Below, piece after piece: positions 11,581-25,044 of a DNA stretch of 64,000 bases. The notes under the pieces are model-generated. The model did no database searches. It worked only from the letters and a program-made list of their open reading frames with translations, and was not told the origin of the DNA. Every line of letters begins with the position of its first letter. The first letter of the stretch is position 1. Source of the DNA: Malacoraja senta (lineage: Eukaryota); the NCBI GenBank assembly GCA_038087875.1, contig CM075992.1:1304001-1368000 (forward strand), in the 5' to 3' direction. Made by a program: the position numbers and the translations under genes.

Positions 11581-12254
11581 TTTAGAGATACAGCATGAAA
11601 ACAGACCCAAGCTGACCTGTCGACATCAATATCGACCTAAACAAAGACATGGTGAAAAAAGACATAGTTAGACCGAAAAACAAAGTTGGGCCGAAGGGCC
11701 TCGTTCCTCAGTCTACCACTGATACTCTTGTTTGAGTTTCTCCTTGGTATGTCTTTACGTTTTGCTTCTCTTTCCTTCTTTAGTAGATATTGCCACTGTG
11801 TTTTAATGGTTATTTAATCTTATTTATTCCTCAGGTTATTCTTCAGGCTTTCCTGAGAGTTCTCAACTCTTTAAGTGCTTCCTTTAGCAGTTAGAGCTGA
11901 CCATCTTTAAAGCTCTTTATTGAATTTGCCGTGAGATGTTGGTATTTAGATCCACAATTTGTTTTGATATTTAACCGGGTTAGCAATATTTCTTGAAAAA
12001 GAGAATCCATTTGCAACGAGCAGCTGCAGGAAAGATGTGAACATAGAAATAAGAGAAATAAAACAGAATTACACGTTGAAAGGCTCACTAATAGGGTTCC
12101 AAACTCTCTAGGGCATTACTGGAATCTCCAGAAATTGGAAAATCAATTTTCTGCTGTCAATAAAAAATGGGAGAGAAATCATCGAGGTATTTAAAAACAA
12201 AATTGTTCTGGACACCTCATGTTGTTTGTGAGAATTACAGGTCCATGAAGATAT

Positions 12255-12496
12255 AGGTTAGGAAGGAACTGCAGATGCTGGTTTATACCGAATATAGACA
12301 CAAAATGCTGGAGTAACTCAGCGGGTCAGGCAGCGTCTCTGGAGAGAAGGAATGGGTGACGTTTCGGGTCGAGACCCTTCTTCAGAGCTGAAGACCTCAG
12401 TTTGAAGAAGGGTCTTGACGCCGAAACATCACCCATTCCTTCTCTCCAGAGATGCCGCCTGTCCCGCCGAGTTCCACCAGCATTTTGTGTCTATCT
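12255..12496. mobile_element. Fold-back Penelope-derived element
   Basis: Intact minus-strand hammerhead core at 12358-12385, degenerate plus core at ~12402-12430, inverted arms. Confidence 0.8.
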
Positions 12497-13161
12497 CAAT
12501 TAGTTGAGTTGAGTTTATTGTCACGAGGACCGAGATACAGTGAAAAGCTTTTGTTGCGTGCTAACCAGTCAGCGGAAAGACAATACATGATTACAATCGA
12601 GCCATTTACAGTGTACAGATACATGATAAGGGAATAACGTTTAGTGCAAGGTAAAGCCAGTAACGTCCGATCAAGGGTAGTCCGAGGGTCACCAATGAGG
12701 TAGATAGTAGTTCAGCACTGCTCTCTGGTTGTGGTAGGATGGTTCAGTTGCCTGATAACAGCTGGGAAGAAACTGTCCCTGAATCTGGTGGTTTAAGAAG
12801 GAACTGCAGATGTTGGAAAATCGAAGGTAGACAATTGCCTGATACCAGCTGGGAAGAAACTGTCCCTGAATCTGTACACTTCTGTACCTTTTGCCCGATG
12901 GGAGATGAGACAATGACTATACTGGCAAGCAATACTTCCAACAGCTGGCCCATGTCAGACCAGAGAGGTGGTGGAGAAGTTTGGGAGAGGATAGCTCTTC
13001 TTTACTGCAATGTGGCTGCTGCCTTTGTGAAATGATGTGATGATTCCTGATGATGCCAGGATCCAGCTCCTCCTTGCATCTGAGAGAGACAAGCGTGGAA
13101 ACAGGCCCTTCAGCCCACCGAGTCCATGCCGACCAGCGATCACCCGTACACGAGACCTATT

Positions 13162-13342
13162 GTTTAAGAAGGAACTGCAGATGCTGGAAAATCGAAGGTA
13201 GACAAAAGTGCTGGAGAAACACAGCGGGTGCAGCAGCATCTATGGAGCGAAGGAAATAGGCAACGTTTTGGGCCGAAACCCTATTTCCTTCGCTCCATAG
13301 ATTCTGCTGCACCCGCTGAGTTTCTCCAGCACTTTTGTCTAC
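13162..13342. mobile_element. Fold-back Penelope-derived element with centre deleted
   Basis: Inverted arms; TSD cacgagacctatt (13149-13161) / cactagacctatt (13343-13355). Confidence 0.8.
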
Positions 13343-15049
13343 CACTAGACCTATTCCCTGTGTGCTCCCCAGTGTCTAGTTTAGTTTAGAGATACAGAGC
13401 GGAAACAGGCCTTTCAGCCCATCGACCAGTGATACTAGCATCATCCTACACACTAGGGACAATTCATGTTTCACCACAAACCTGCACGTCTTTGGAGTGT
13501 GGGAGGAGACCAGAGGACCTGGAGAAAACCCACGCAGGTCACGGTGAGAACGTGCAAACTCCATAAAGACAGCACCCGTAGTCAGGATCGAACGCGGGTC
13601 TCTGGTTGCTGTGAGGCAGCAACTCTACCGCTGCGCCAATGTCATATCCTCTTTTCCATCAACTGTAAGATTGATTGATATCTTCATCCCACTTGGAACG
13701 GTGGTGCAGATTGTAGAACAGCTGCCTCACTCCACCAGAGACCCGGGTTCGATCCTGCTGTCCGTACATCATGTTCACCATCTCCTTGAAACCCTGTGGG
13801 TTTGTCTTGGGGTTCTCTGGATCCCTCCCACACTCCAAAGACGTCCGGCTCATAGGTTAATCAGCCTCTGTCAATTGCCCCCTAGTGTGTAGGGAGTGGA
13901 TTAAAAAATAGAATAACATGGAACAAGAATTTGTGGAATTCCCTGCCACAGAGGGCAGTGGAGGCCAAATCACTGGATGGGTTTAAGAGAGAGTTAGATA
14001 GAGCTCTAGGGGCTAGTGGAGTCAAGGGATATGGGGAGAAGGCAGGCACGGGTTATTGATTGGGGATGATCAGCCATGATCACAATGAATGGCGGTGCTG
14101 GCTCGAAGGGCTGAATGGCCTCCTCCTGCACCTATTTTCTATGTTTCTATGTGTGAATGGGTGATTAATGGTCAGTGCGGACTGGGTGGGTGGAAGGACA
14201 TGTTTCCATGTGTGTCTCTAAACTCAAGAACTATAAACAACTGCGTTCCCATTCCTTGCCCGACAAATTTATGTTAACTTTTTGGTTTTGAAATTTTCAA
14301 CATCCATTTTCTCAGCTTCTTAAAAAAAGAGTTACCTTTTTCTACTCCCTTTTGTGTATAGTAGTTAACCCCAATAACAATTTAATCTTGTACCAAGTTG
14401 GTCTCCAATAATGTTGCCTATTTAACCTTCATCGCTATGTAACTCCAATAACTCAATGTCATATTGCTGTTTGACTTCAATAATACGGCTGGTTAACCCC
14501 TTAATGCTCCGAGTTAATCCCAATAACACGCTGTTACTTCACTGCTAACTCATACATACACAGATTAATCACAAGGAAGTGAAGGTCCTTTGGGGAATGT
14601 AGTGAGTAGAATGGAGGTGGTTAAACATTGCTGGTTATGTAGAAACCAGGTACAAACCAACCCCTCTTCTATATCAGTCTCGACCCGAAACGTCACCCAT
14701 TCCTTCTCCCCAGAGATGCTGCCTGTCCCGTTGAGTTAATCCAGCTTTTTGTGTCTACCCTTCTATAGATTCAATTTATACCTCACGCTGCCTCGGCAAG
14801 GCCAGCAGCATAATCAAGGACCAGTCGCACCCCCTCTTCTCCCCTCTCCCATCAGACAAAAGGTACAGAAGTGTGAAAACGCACACCTCCAGATTCTGAA
14901 GGAGGGTTTCGACCTGAAACGTCGCTTATTTCCTTTGCTCCATAGATGCTGCCTCACCCGCTGAGTTTCTCCAGCATTTTTGTCTACCTTCGATAAAACC
15001 AAAGGAATAGTTAGAGCTCAAGCTGGGGGTTGAGCAGCCAGGTTGTTGT

Positions 15050-15675
15050 CATAGAAACATAGAAACATAGAAAATAGGTGCAGGAGTAGGCCATTCGGCC
15101 CTTCGAGCCTGCACCGCCATTCGATATGATCATGGCTGATCATCCAACTCAGTATCCTGTACCTGCCTTCTCTCCATACCCCCTGATCCCTTTAGCCACA
15201 AGGGCCACATCTAACTCCCTCTTAAATATAGCCAATGAACTGGCCTCAACTACCTTCTGTGGCAGAGAATTCCACAGATTCACCACTCTCTGTGTGAAAA
15301 ATGTTTTTCTCATCTCAGTCCTAAAAGACTTCCCCCTTATCCTTAAATTGTGACCCCTTGTTCTGGACTTCCCCAACATCGGGAATAATCTTCCTGCATC
15401 TAGCCTGTCCAACCCCTTAAGAATTTTGTACGTTTCTATAAGATCCCCCCTCAATCTTCTAAATTCTAGCGTGTACAAGCCGAGTCTATCCAGTCTTTCT
15501 TCATATGAAAGTCCTGCCATCCCAGGAATCAGTCTGGTGAACCTTCTCTGTACTCCCTCTATGGCAAGAATGTCTTTCGTCAGATTAGGAGACCCAAACT
15601 GTACGCAATACTCCAGGTGTGGTCTCACCAAGACCATGTACAACTGCAGTAGAACCTCCCTGCTCCTATACTCAA
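15050..15675 (-). mobile_element. CR1/HER1-like 5'-truncated copy
   Basis: ORF 15149-15643 (LVRPHLEYCVQF...NLWNSLP); (catagaaa)n tail. Confidence 0.92.
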
Positions 15676-15995
15676 ATTGTCTCTGTTGGCGTCAATGTCT
15701 GCCAGGCCCTGACACAGCTCCATTTGGTGGGTGGTAGAGCGGGCACCCAGAGATGACATGGTTGGCTGTCTGTTGTTCTGCTCCGCATTCGCAGGCTGGG
15801 CTCTGGCGGAGCCCCCACCTCCACACGCTGGTGTTGAAACGCCCAACTCCAGTACCAAGTCTGTTGAGCTTCACCCACGCTCCTCTGGGGAGGTCAGACC
15901 CTGGACAGCTTTCATCTGGTGAAGAGATGTAGCTGTGTAATGGAGATGAGGTTGCCTTCCACTCCTGTGACCACTTGGTGGCTATCCAGTGTGAT
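15676..15995 (-). mobile_element. Non-LTR retrotransposon C-terminal fragment with zinc-knuckle (Vingi/Ingi/I-group-like)
   Basis: KLNRLGTGVGRFNTSVWRWGLRQSPACECGAEQQTANHVISGCP contains a CxC...H...C motif typical of such ORF ends; clade assignment is uncertain. Confidence 0.6.
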
Positions 15996-16112
15996 GGCTA
16001 TTAAGTCATTAATGGTTTGGATAGAAAAGAATAATGAGAAATAATTAGCTTCAGCTGGACGAAATTATGTAATTGACAAAAGTTCCAGAGAGACGAATGA
16101 TAGGAGTGTTTT

Positions 16113-16388
16113 GCGCCCAGTTTGTACCCCAGCGGTATGAACATTGACTTCTCTAATTTCAGGTAGTCCCTACTTTCTTCTCCCCTTCTCAGCTCTCCCT
16201 CAGCTCACTGGCTCCACCTCTTCCTTTCCTCTTCCCACCACCCCCCACCCCCACATCAGTGTGAGGAAGGGTTTCGACCCGAAACGTCGCCTATTTCCTT
16301 CGCTCCATAGATGCTGCCCCACCAGCTGAGTTTCTCCAGCATTTTTGTCTACCTTCGATTTTCCAGCATCTGCAGTTCCTTCTTAAAC
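16113..16388 (+). mobile_element. Penelope-like element 3' fragment (second subfamily)
   Basis: Encodes LYPSGMNIDFSNFR*, homologous to the GIY-YIG C-terminus at 62640-62683, followed by a degenerate hammerhead; flanked by ggagtgtttt direct repeats. Confidence 0.8.
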
Positions 16389-16602
16389 GGAGTGTTTTTC
16401 ATGGCGAGTTATGATCAGTGAAGCATTGCCTTTAGCATGATGGAAATTAGAGTGAATCCAAGAGGGTTATGGTAGCATAATGGAAAAATCATTGGATTAG
16501 AATCGAGAGGCGTGGACCATTGATCCACAGATGTGTGTTCACTTTCCCAACTGGGTAGTTGGGGAATTTAACTGCAAGCAATAAAATGGGAGAGGGGAGA
16601 AG

Positions 16603-16900
16603 AGGCAGCATGGTGGCGCAGCGGTAGAGTTGCTGCCTCTCAGAACTTGCAGCATCAGAGACCCGGGTTCAATCCCGCCTACGGCTGCTGTCTGTACGGA
16701 GTTTGTACCTTCTCCCCGTGACCTGCGTGGGTTTTCTCCGGGATCTTCGGATTCCTCCCACACTCCAAAGACGTGTTGGTTTGTAGGTAAATTGCCTTGG
16801 TATAAGTGGAAATTGTCGCTTGTGTGTGTAGGATAGTGTTAACATGCGGGAATCGGTGTGGAGTTGGCGGGCCGAAGGGCCTGTTACCGTGCTGTATCTC
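16603..16900 (+). mobile_element. V-SINE (HE1-like)
   Basis: A/B boxes, V-domain, tail. Confidence 0.88.
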
Positions 16901-17872
16901 TAAAAAAAAACCTAAGAGGGATTATGTCCTTGATTTTGTTGCTGGCCTTGCCTAGGCAGTGTGAAGTGTAGATGGAGTCAATGGAAGAGAGGTTGGGGAT
17001 GGATGTACTTGGGAGAGAGCAGATCACAGGAGATATTGAGATCATAAGGTCAACAGTGATAGGAGTAGAATAGGCCATTCGGCCCATCAAGTCTACTCTG
17101 CCATTCAATCATGACCGATCTATCTAGTGGAAACATCCTCCCCACATCTACTCTATCCAAGCCTTCGGTCAGTATCAATGAGGTCCTCCCTCATCCTTTT
17201 AAACTCTAGCGAGTTCAGGCCCAGTGCGGTCAAACGTTCATCATATGTTATCTCTCTCCATGGGTCAAGAGGAGATCTGCCATGACGTGAGCAGCACAAC
17301 GAAAGAAGATAATCTTAGATTAGTTCAGAGATACAGCGCGGAAACAGGCCCTTACACCGAGCCAATTAACCTACAGACCTGCACGTCTTTGGAGTGTGGG
17401 AGGAAACGGAAGATCTCGGAGAAAACCCGCGCGGGTCACGGGGAGAAGGTGCAAACTCCGTACAGACAGCATCCGTAGTCAGGATGGAACCCGGGTCTCT
17501 GGCGCTGTGAGGCAGCAGCTCTACCCGCTGCGCCATCGTGCCGCCCAATATCTTCTCATTTATCTCATCGCTCTCCGCTGACCTGATGAGTTACTGGATC
17601 GACGCACAAGAGACAAGTGATGGTAGCACTCCGAAGAAATCTAATTGGTTGCAAGATGCTTGGGGACTTGCTCTTCGGAAGTGCTAAGTTGATATACAAG
17701 GGCTTGTTAAAGGCTTCTTAAATATTAGTTCTCCACTGGGACACTGTAGAGGGGTCCAGAATTGTATCTCCCCGTGAGAGACAGTGGTAACTGGAGTGAG
17801 AGGGCTGGCATCAATCAGAGCCACACCACTGAATCTACAGAGAGCCCCCATCATAAATATTGCAACACACCA

Positions 17873-18478
17873 GAGAGTCGGTTTGTCAAAGAGGACTCTC
17901 TCTAACTTCTACAGGTGCACAGTAGAAAGCATGCTGACCGGTTGCATCGTGGCTTGGTTCGGCAACTTGAGCGCCCTGGAGAGGAAAAGACTACAAAAAG
18001 TAGTAAACACTGCCCAGTCCATCATCGGCTCTGACCTCCCTTCCATCGAGGGGATCTATCACAGTCGCTGCCTCGAAAAGGCTGGCAGCATCATCAAGGA
18101 CCCACACCAACCTGGCCACACACTCATCTCCCTACTACCTTCAGGTAGAAGGTACAGGAGCCTGAAGACTGCAACGACCAGGTTCAGAAACAGCTCCTTC
18201 CCTACAGCCATCAGGCTATTAAACTCAACTCAAACTCAACTCAACTCAAACAAAACTCTGAACATTAATAGCCCATTATTATCTGTTTATTTGCACTTGA
18301 TCAGTTTATTTATTCATGTGTGTATATATTTATATAATGATATATGGACACACTGGTCTGTTCCGTATTCATGTCTTCTATGTTCTGTTGTGCTGAAGCA
18401 AAGCAAGAATATCATTGTCCTATCTGGGACACATGACAATAAACTCTCCTGAATCTTGAATCTCCTGAATCTTGAAAT
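17873..18478 (+). mobile_element. Rex1/Babar-like LINE 3' fragment
   Basis: Encodes TLSNFYRCTVESMLTGCIVAWFGN...PSGRRYRSLKTATTRFRNS; tail catgacaataaactc...(aatcttg)n. Confidence 0.85.
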
Positions 18479-18906
18479 ATTGGAACACACCAGGTACTCA
18501 ATAAATAGACTTGTGGGGAGTGTCGTGTGGTGTCCCCGGAGAGTGTCACACTCTTGTAACACGTGACCTGTTCCCAGCAACTCTTGTACATAGAACCTTA
18601 ACGCACCGAAGCAGTACCATGACCTTCCGCCAGCGTGTTGGAAAGAAATGCACAATATCACACCTCATTGAAACGTACAGAACAGTGAAAGGCTTGGACA
18701 GAGTGGATGTGGAGAGGATGTTTCCACTAGTGGGAGAGTCTAGGACTGGAGGTCACAGCCTCAGAATTAAAGGACGTTCTTTTAGGAAGGAGATGAGGAG
18801 AAATTAATTTTGTCAGAGGGTGGTGAATCTGTGGAATTCTTTGCCACAGAAGGCTGTGGAGGTCAAGTCAGTGGATATTTTTAAGGCAGAGATAGATAGA
18901 TTCTTG

Positions 18907-19115
18907 GTACACAAAAATGCTGGAGAAACTCAGCGGGTGCAGCAGCATCTATGGAGCGAAGGAAATAGGCACGTTTCGGGCCGAAACCCTTCTTCAGACT
19001 GATAGGGGGTGGGGGGAAGAAAGGAAAAAAGGAAAAAGGCGGAGGAGGAGCCCGAGGGCTGGGGGAGGGGAGGAGGCAACCAGAGGGCTGATGAAGGGGA
19101 GGGGACAGCAAGGGC
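18907..19115 (-). mobile_element. Penelope-like 3' UTR fragment inserted in CR1
   Basis: Matches 62680-62887; TSD tagatagattcttg; the empty site is present in the paralogous copy at ~31965-31985. Confidence 0.85.
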
Positions 19116-19761
19116 TAGATAGATTCTTGATTAGTACAGTTGATGGGGAGAAGGCAGGAGAATGGGGTTAGGAGGGAGAGATAGATCAGCCATGATTGAA
19201 TGGCGGAGTAGACTGGATGGGCCGAATGGCCTAATTCTACTCCTATCACTTATGAGCTTCTGACCTTATGATCGATAGATTCTTGATTAGTACGGGTGTC
19301 GGGGGTTATGGGGAGAAGGCAGGAGAATGGGGTTAGGAGGGAGAGATAGATTAGCCATGATTGAATGGCAGAGTAGACTGGATGGGCCGAATGGCCTAAT
19401 TCTGCCACTATGACATGAACTTATGAGAGAAGCAGCTCATGTTTCCGGTCCGAGACTCTCCGACCATTCCCTCCACAGATGCTCAACCCACACCTATCTA
19501 CATTCTCCCGAGATGCTGCCTGACCCGCTGAGTTTCTCCAGCACTCTGTGTCGTTTTGTATATTAACCATTACCTGTGGTTTTTTGTTTCTACATTTACA
19601 GCATCTGAACAAAAGGGGGGAAACATCAGAAAAGTAAAAGGAAATCCAGAGAGAATTATTTGTTGTTACATTTGAGAATTCTCTCTTTCCTCCATTTTAC
19701 TTAAATAACACACCAGTCTTTACATGCACGTGGTCTTTGCATTGTTAGAAGCATTAAGGGA

Positions 19762-20320
19762 GACCACAGCTGGAGTATTGTGTGCAGTTTTGGTCCCCTA
19801 ATTTGAGGAAGGATATTCTTGCTATTGAGGGAGTGCAGCGTAGGTTTACAAGGTTAATTCCCGGGATGGCGGGACTGTCATATGCTGAGAGAATGGAGCG
19901 ACTGGGCTTGTACACTCTGGAGTTTAGAAGGATGAGAGGGGATCTTGCTGAAACACATAAGATTGTTAAGGGTTTGGACACGCTAGAGGCAGGAACCATG
20001 TTCCCGATGTTGTGGGAGTCCAGAACCAGGGGCCACAGTTTAAGAATAAGGGGTAAGCCATTTAGAACGGAGACGAGGAAACACTTTTTCTCACAGAGAG
20101 TGGTGAGTCTGTGGAATTCTCTGCCTCAGAGGGCGGTGGAGGCAGGTTCTCTGGATGCTTTCAAGAGAGAGCTAGATAGGGCTCTTAAAAATAGCGGAGA
20201 TTTGGGGAGAAGGCAGGAACGGGGTACTGATTGGGGATGATCAGCCAAGATCACATTGAATGACGGTGCTGGCTCGAAGGGCCGAATGGCCTACTCCTGC
20301 ACCTATTGTCTATTGTCTAT
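19762..20320 (+). mobile_element. CR1/HER1-like 5'-truncated copy
   Basis: ORF 19782-20240; (ctattgt)n tail. Confidence 0.9.
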
Positions 20321-22133
20321 AAAGAAGAAGAATTTACAAGGCTCTTGGGCAGCTCACGTAAAGACACAAAATTCCTTTGCTTGGGATAGAATTGACCTTG
20401 AATAATTTCTGTAAATTAAAAGGAATCTTAGTGGACCAAATCTTGTTTTATGTCGCACCTGTCCAAAGATGTACAGGTTTGTAGGTTAATTGGCTTCAGT
20501 AAATCGGTAATTGTCCAAAGTGTGTGTTTGGGGATCGTTGGTCAGCGTGGGCTCGGTGGACAGAAGGGCCTGTTTCCGCGCTGTATCTCTAAACTTAATC
20601 AATTGTCCAAACATATCTCTGTTCAATCGCACTCCACAGGTGGCCTATGGACTTTGTGGGCCCTATTCAATGCTATTTCACACAATCCTTCCCTTTCCCT
20701 GGAGGGCACACAGATTTGTGAAAGGTTCCATATTTCTCAACTGCGATGATGTGGAGATTGGCACGGCCTCTGTGTAAATCCTTTCTCCTCCCTGTTACCT
20801 CAACAACACAACCGTTCTTCCACCCAACGCTGGCATTGCGACTGTTTGAAGAGTATTCCCGGAGCGCCACAGGGTGCTTTGGCTCCCAGCCACACTCTCG
20901 ATCCGTGGCTCCCCAATGAAGAACATCACGCCGGCCGGCAAGGCCACGGAGTCTAGTTGCCATCCCGGTAACTCTTGCCAGGGTTGGGCAAGGACCCGTA
21001 CAGCACAAGAACAGTACAGCACAAGAACAGGCCCTTCGGCCCTAGCTTTCAAGAGAGAGCTAGATAAGGCTCTTAAAGATAGCGGAGTCAGGGGATATGG
21101 GGAGAAGGCAGGAACGGGGTACTGATTGGGGATGATCAGCCATGATCACATTGAATGGGGGTGCTGGCTCGAAGGGCCAAATGGCCTACTCCTACACCTA
21201 TTGTCTATTGTCTATTGTCTTTGGACTGTTAATAAATTGTGGGAGCAGAATTGGGCCATTCGGCCCATCAAGTCTACTCCGCCATTCAATCATGGCTGAT
21301 CTATCTCTCCCTCCTAACCTCATTCTCCTGCACCTATTGTCTATTGTCTATTGTCTAATGCCCATGTCAAACATGACACCAATTCAGGGACAATTTCTTC
21401 CCAGCTGTTATCAGGAAACTGAATCATCCCACCACAACTAGAGAGCAGTGCTGAACTACTATCTACCTCATTGGTGACCCTCAGACTATCCTTGATCAGA
21501 CTTTGCTGGCTTTACCTTGCACTAAGCGTTATTCCTTTGTTATGTATCTGTACACTGTGGATGGCTCGATTGTAATTACATACTGTGGCTGTCTACCTTA
21601 TCTATACCTCACATAATTTTAGGTGAGGAATGGGGTGGGGTTGTGTTGGGTGAGACGCTGCAAGGTAAAGAAGGAATAATAATTGAATATGGCCCCAATT
21701 TTCAGTCCTGTGTGTTTAAGTTATTGATTGATCGCACGAGAGGCGATTTACCGAGGCCAATGGCCATGCGAATCTTTGGGATGTGGAGGAAACCGGAGCA
21801 CCTGGGGAAAAACCCCACGAGGCCACTGGGAGAACGTGCAAACTCCACACAAACAGCAGCCGAGGTCAGGATCGAACCCTGGGTCTCTGGCGCTGTACCA
21901 GCTATGACACTCTGCCACCCTCAGGTTTAGTTTAGAGATACAGCATGGAAACTGGCCCTTCAGCCCACCGGGTCCACACCAGCCATTGACCACCCTAATA
22001 GTTCACACTGATGACATGTTATCCCAATTTGTCATCCGCTCCCCACACACCAGGGGTAATGTACAGAGGCCAGTTACTGTAAACCTCAGAGTTCCTTTAA
22101 AAGTTCACTGAAGCTAAGGAACACTAATACATA

Positions 22134-22437
22134 GGCGGCACGGTGGGGCAGCGGTAGATTTGCTGCATTTCAGCACCTGAGACCCAGGTTCGATCCCGAC
22201 TACGGGTGCTGTCTGCGCGGAGTTTTGTACGTTCTCCCCGTGACCCGCGTGGGTTTTCTCTGGGTGCTCTGGTTTCCCCCCACACTCCAAAGACGAGCGG
22301 GTTTGTAGGTTAATTAGCTTTGGTAAGAATTGTAAATTGTCCCTAGTGTGTGTAGGATAGTGTTAGTGTACAGTGTACACCCACCCGGTGGGCTGAAGGG
22401 CCTTTTCTCGCTTTCTATCTCTTAACTGAACTAAAAT
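22134..22437 (+). mobile_element. V-SINE (HE1-like)
   Basis: A/B boxes, V-domain, tail. Confidence 0.88.
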
Positions 22438-22559
22438 ACAGACAATACGTCAACAAAAAATTGCAAAGAAATACTGTAAAAGATTCAAAATGACGCAAAT
22501 ATTTTAAACTACAAAAAAACTACCACGCACCCCTTCAGCGTTTGTACACTGGTGATCAA

Positions 22560-22867
22560 GGGGTCACAGCTTAAGGATAAGGGGGAAATCCTTTAAGACC
22601 GAGATGAGGAAAAACTTTTTCACACAGAGAGTGGTGAATCTCTGGAACTCTCTGCCACAGAGGGTAGTTGAGGCCAGTTCATTGGCTATATTTAAGAGGG
22701 AGTTAGATGTGGCCCTTGTGGCTAAGGGGATCAGGGGGTATGGAGAGAAGGCAGGTACGGGATACTGAGTTGGATGATCAGCCATGATCATATTGAATGG
22801 CGGTGCAGGCTCGAAGGGCCGAATGGCCTACTCCTGCACCTATTTTCTATGTATCTATGTATCTATG
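22560..22867 (+). mobile_element. CR1 3' fragment, young subfamily
   Basis: Nearly identical to 49893-50197; (ctatgtat)n tail. Confidence 0.9.
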
Positions 22868-23984
22868 ATCTTGCACAACTTTGGACTTTTAATTATTTTT
22901 CTGCTCCGATGTAATTAGCTCTGACTCTACTCAGAGGTTGATCAGTCTGTACAGACAAGAGCCAACATTGTCTGTGTGGTTTCTTTGTATGTTCCCTTTC
23001 ACAACACAAAAGAAATCCACCCGTGACAATCAATTGCAGCAACCACCGCCCCTTTCGGTGGTCCCAGCCCAGCACAGCCCCTCCTTACGTCTTATGCACC
23101 GTAACCCAATTAGTCCTGTGCATTCATTCTCCACAGGAAGGTTATATTGATGAGGAGAGCTCCCATGTAACGGATATTGTTGCCTGAGCCAGGAGATCGA
23201 AATCTTTCAACCCTTGCTGTCATGACAACCCACCAACACATGTACTTAATCTCTGTGAGAACAGAAGCTGAAACTGATTTAACCAGTTTCCCTCCGGGAC
23301 TACATTCAGATTGGATGCTCGGAGTGGAATCTGAAGGCTGCAGCAGCCGCGCGATGGGCCGAATTACATAATCCACAAAGGACACAGAGTGCTGGAGTAA
23401 CTCAGAGGGTCAGGCAGCATCCCTGGAGTACATGGAGCTTAGACTTTAGAGATTCAATGCGGATTTCTCCCACCGGGTCCGCACCAACCAGCGATCCCCC
23501 CAAAACCGCCAACACTGTCCCACACGCACACTAGAGACAATTTACAATTTAACCGAAGCTAATTAACCTACAAACCCGCATGTCTTTCCATTCAGGCAGC
23601 ACCCGTGGGCAGGATTGAACCGCCGTCTCTGAGACAGCAACTCTACCGCTGCGCCACTGCGCCACGCAGGCAGCCGGTGGGAAGAATAAAATGGATCGCG
23701 GTAGAATTAGCGTTTAAAAAATATATATATATATATGAGCTTGGTGGTTGGCGTGACGTTCCTGTGCTGTATCTGTCTCGGACTCGGTGACCTTTGTGGT
23801 TGGTTTCACATAATCATGTATCAGGCCACATGCGTTCGATTTTTTTTGTGTCCGATTCGGAAACTCCAAGCCGCTGAGAGTGTTCTTCCGTTCCGATGCG
23901 AGAGCTCCGATCATCCCATCATCCCGGCCAAGAGGGCCTGCAACATGGGGCCGTCCGTAGGGGCGACTGCGGAGGCCTCAATAG

Positions 23985-24558
23985 GCAATAGACAATAGAC
24001 AACAGGTGCAGGAGTAGGCCATTTGGCCCTTCGAGCCTGGCACCGCCATTCAATGCGATCATGGCTGATCATCCCCAATCAGTACCCCGTTCCTGCCTTC
24101 TCCCCAAATCTCATGACTCCGCTATTTTTAAGAGCCCTATCTAGCTCTCTCTTGAAAGCATCCAGAGAACCGGCCTCCACCGCCCTCTGAGGCAGAGAAT
24201 TCCACAGACTCGCCACTCTCTGTGAGAAAAAGTGTTTCCTAGTCTCCGTTCTAAATGGCTTACCCCTTATTCTTAAACTGTGGCCCCTGGTTCTGGACTC
24301 CCCCAACATCGGGAACATGGTTCCTGCCTCTAGCGTGTCCAAACCCTTAACAATCTTATGTGTTTCAGCAAGATTCCCTCTCATCCTTCTAAACTCCAGA
24401 GTGTACAAGCCCAGCCGCTCCATTCTCTCAGCATATGACAGTCCCGCCATCCCGGGAATTAACCTTGTAAACCTACGCTGGGCTCCCTCAATAGCAAGAA
24501 TGTCCTTCCTCAAATTAGGGGACCAAAACTGCACACAATACTCCAGCTGTGGTCTCCC
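23985..24558 (-). mobile_element. CR1 copy, inverted duplicate of 19762-20320
   Basis: Same 5' truncation point, same 5' flank and same private changes (AETHK, GTMF). Confidence 0.9.
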
Positions 24559-25044
24559 TTAATGCTTCTAACAATGCAAAGACCATGTGCATGAAAGACT
24601 AGTGCGTTCCTGCCTTCCTGCCGCTATTTTTAAGAGCCCTATCTAGCTCTCTCTTGAAAGCATCCAAAGAACCTGCCTCCACCGCCCTCTGAGGCAGAGA
24701 ATTCCACAGAGTGTGGCCCCGACCACGGGTGAACAAGAGGAAGAGGACTGGACTTTGCTGCCTTCCCTCACTGTGGGAAACGTTGAGATGTTTCATGTTT
24801 GATGTTACATTCTATAGCGTTGAGTGTATCTCATTTGTGTGGCTGCATGATAACTCAACTTTCACTGCACCAATCGGTGTATGTGACAAGAAATGTAACG
24901 AACTTGAACTTCATGTCAGCTGAAGAATAAGTATTTGCCATGATACCAGGGAGAAGTCCCCTGGTCCCCTGGTCCTCTTTAAATGACCCCCACCCGCAAG
25001 CCCCTGGGATCTTCAGAATCTAATCTGTTGAGCAGCAGTTGACT

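Noticed and set aside
23110..23385. ORFs in a unique island
   Set aside because: No recognisable domain or consistent splice pair.
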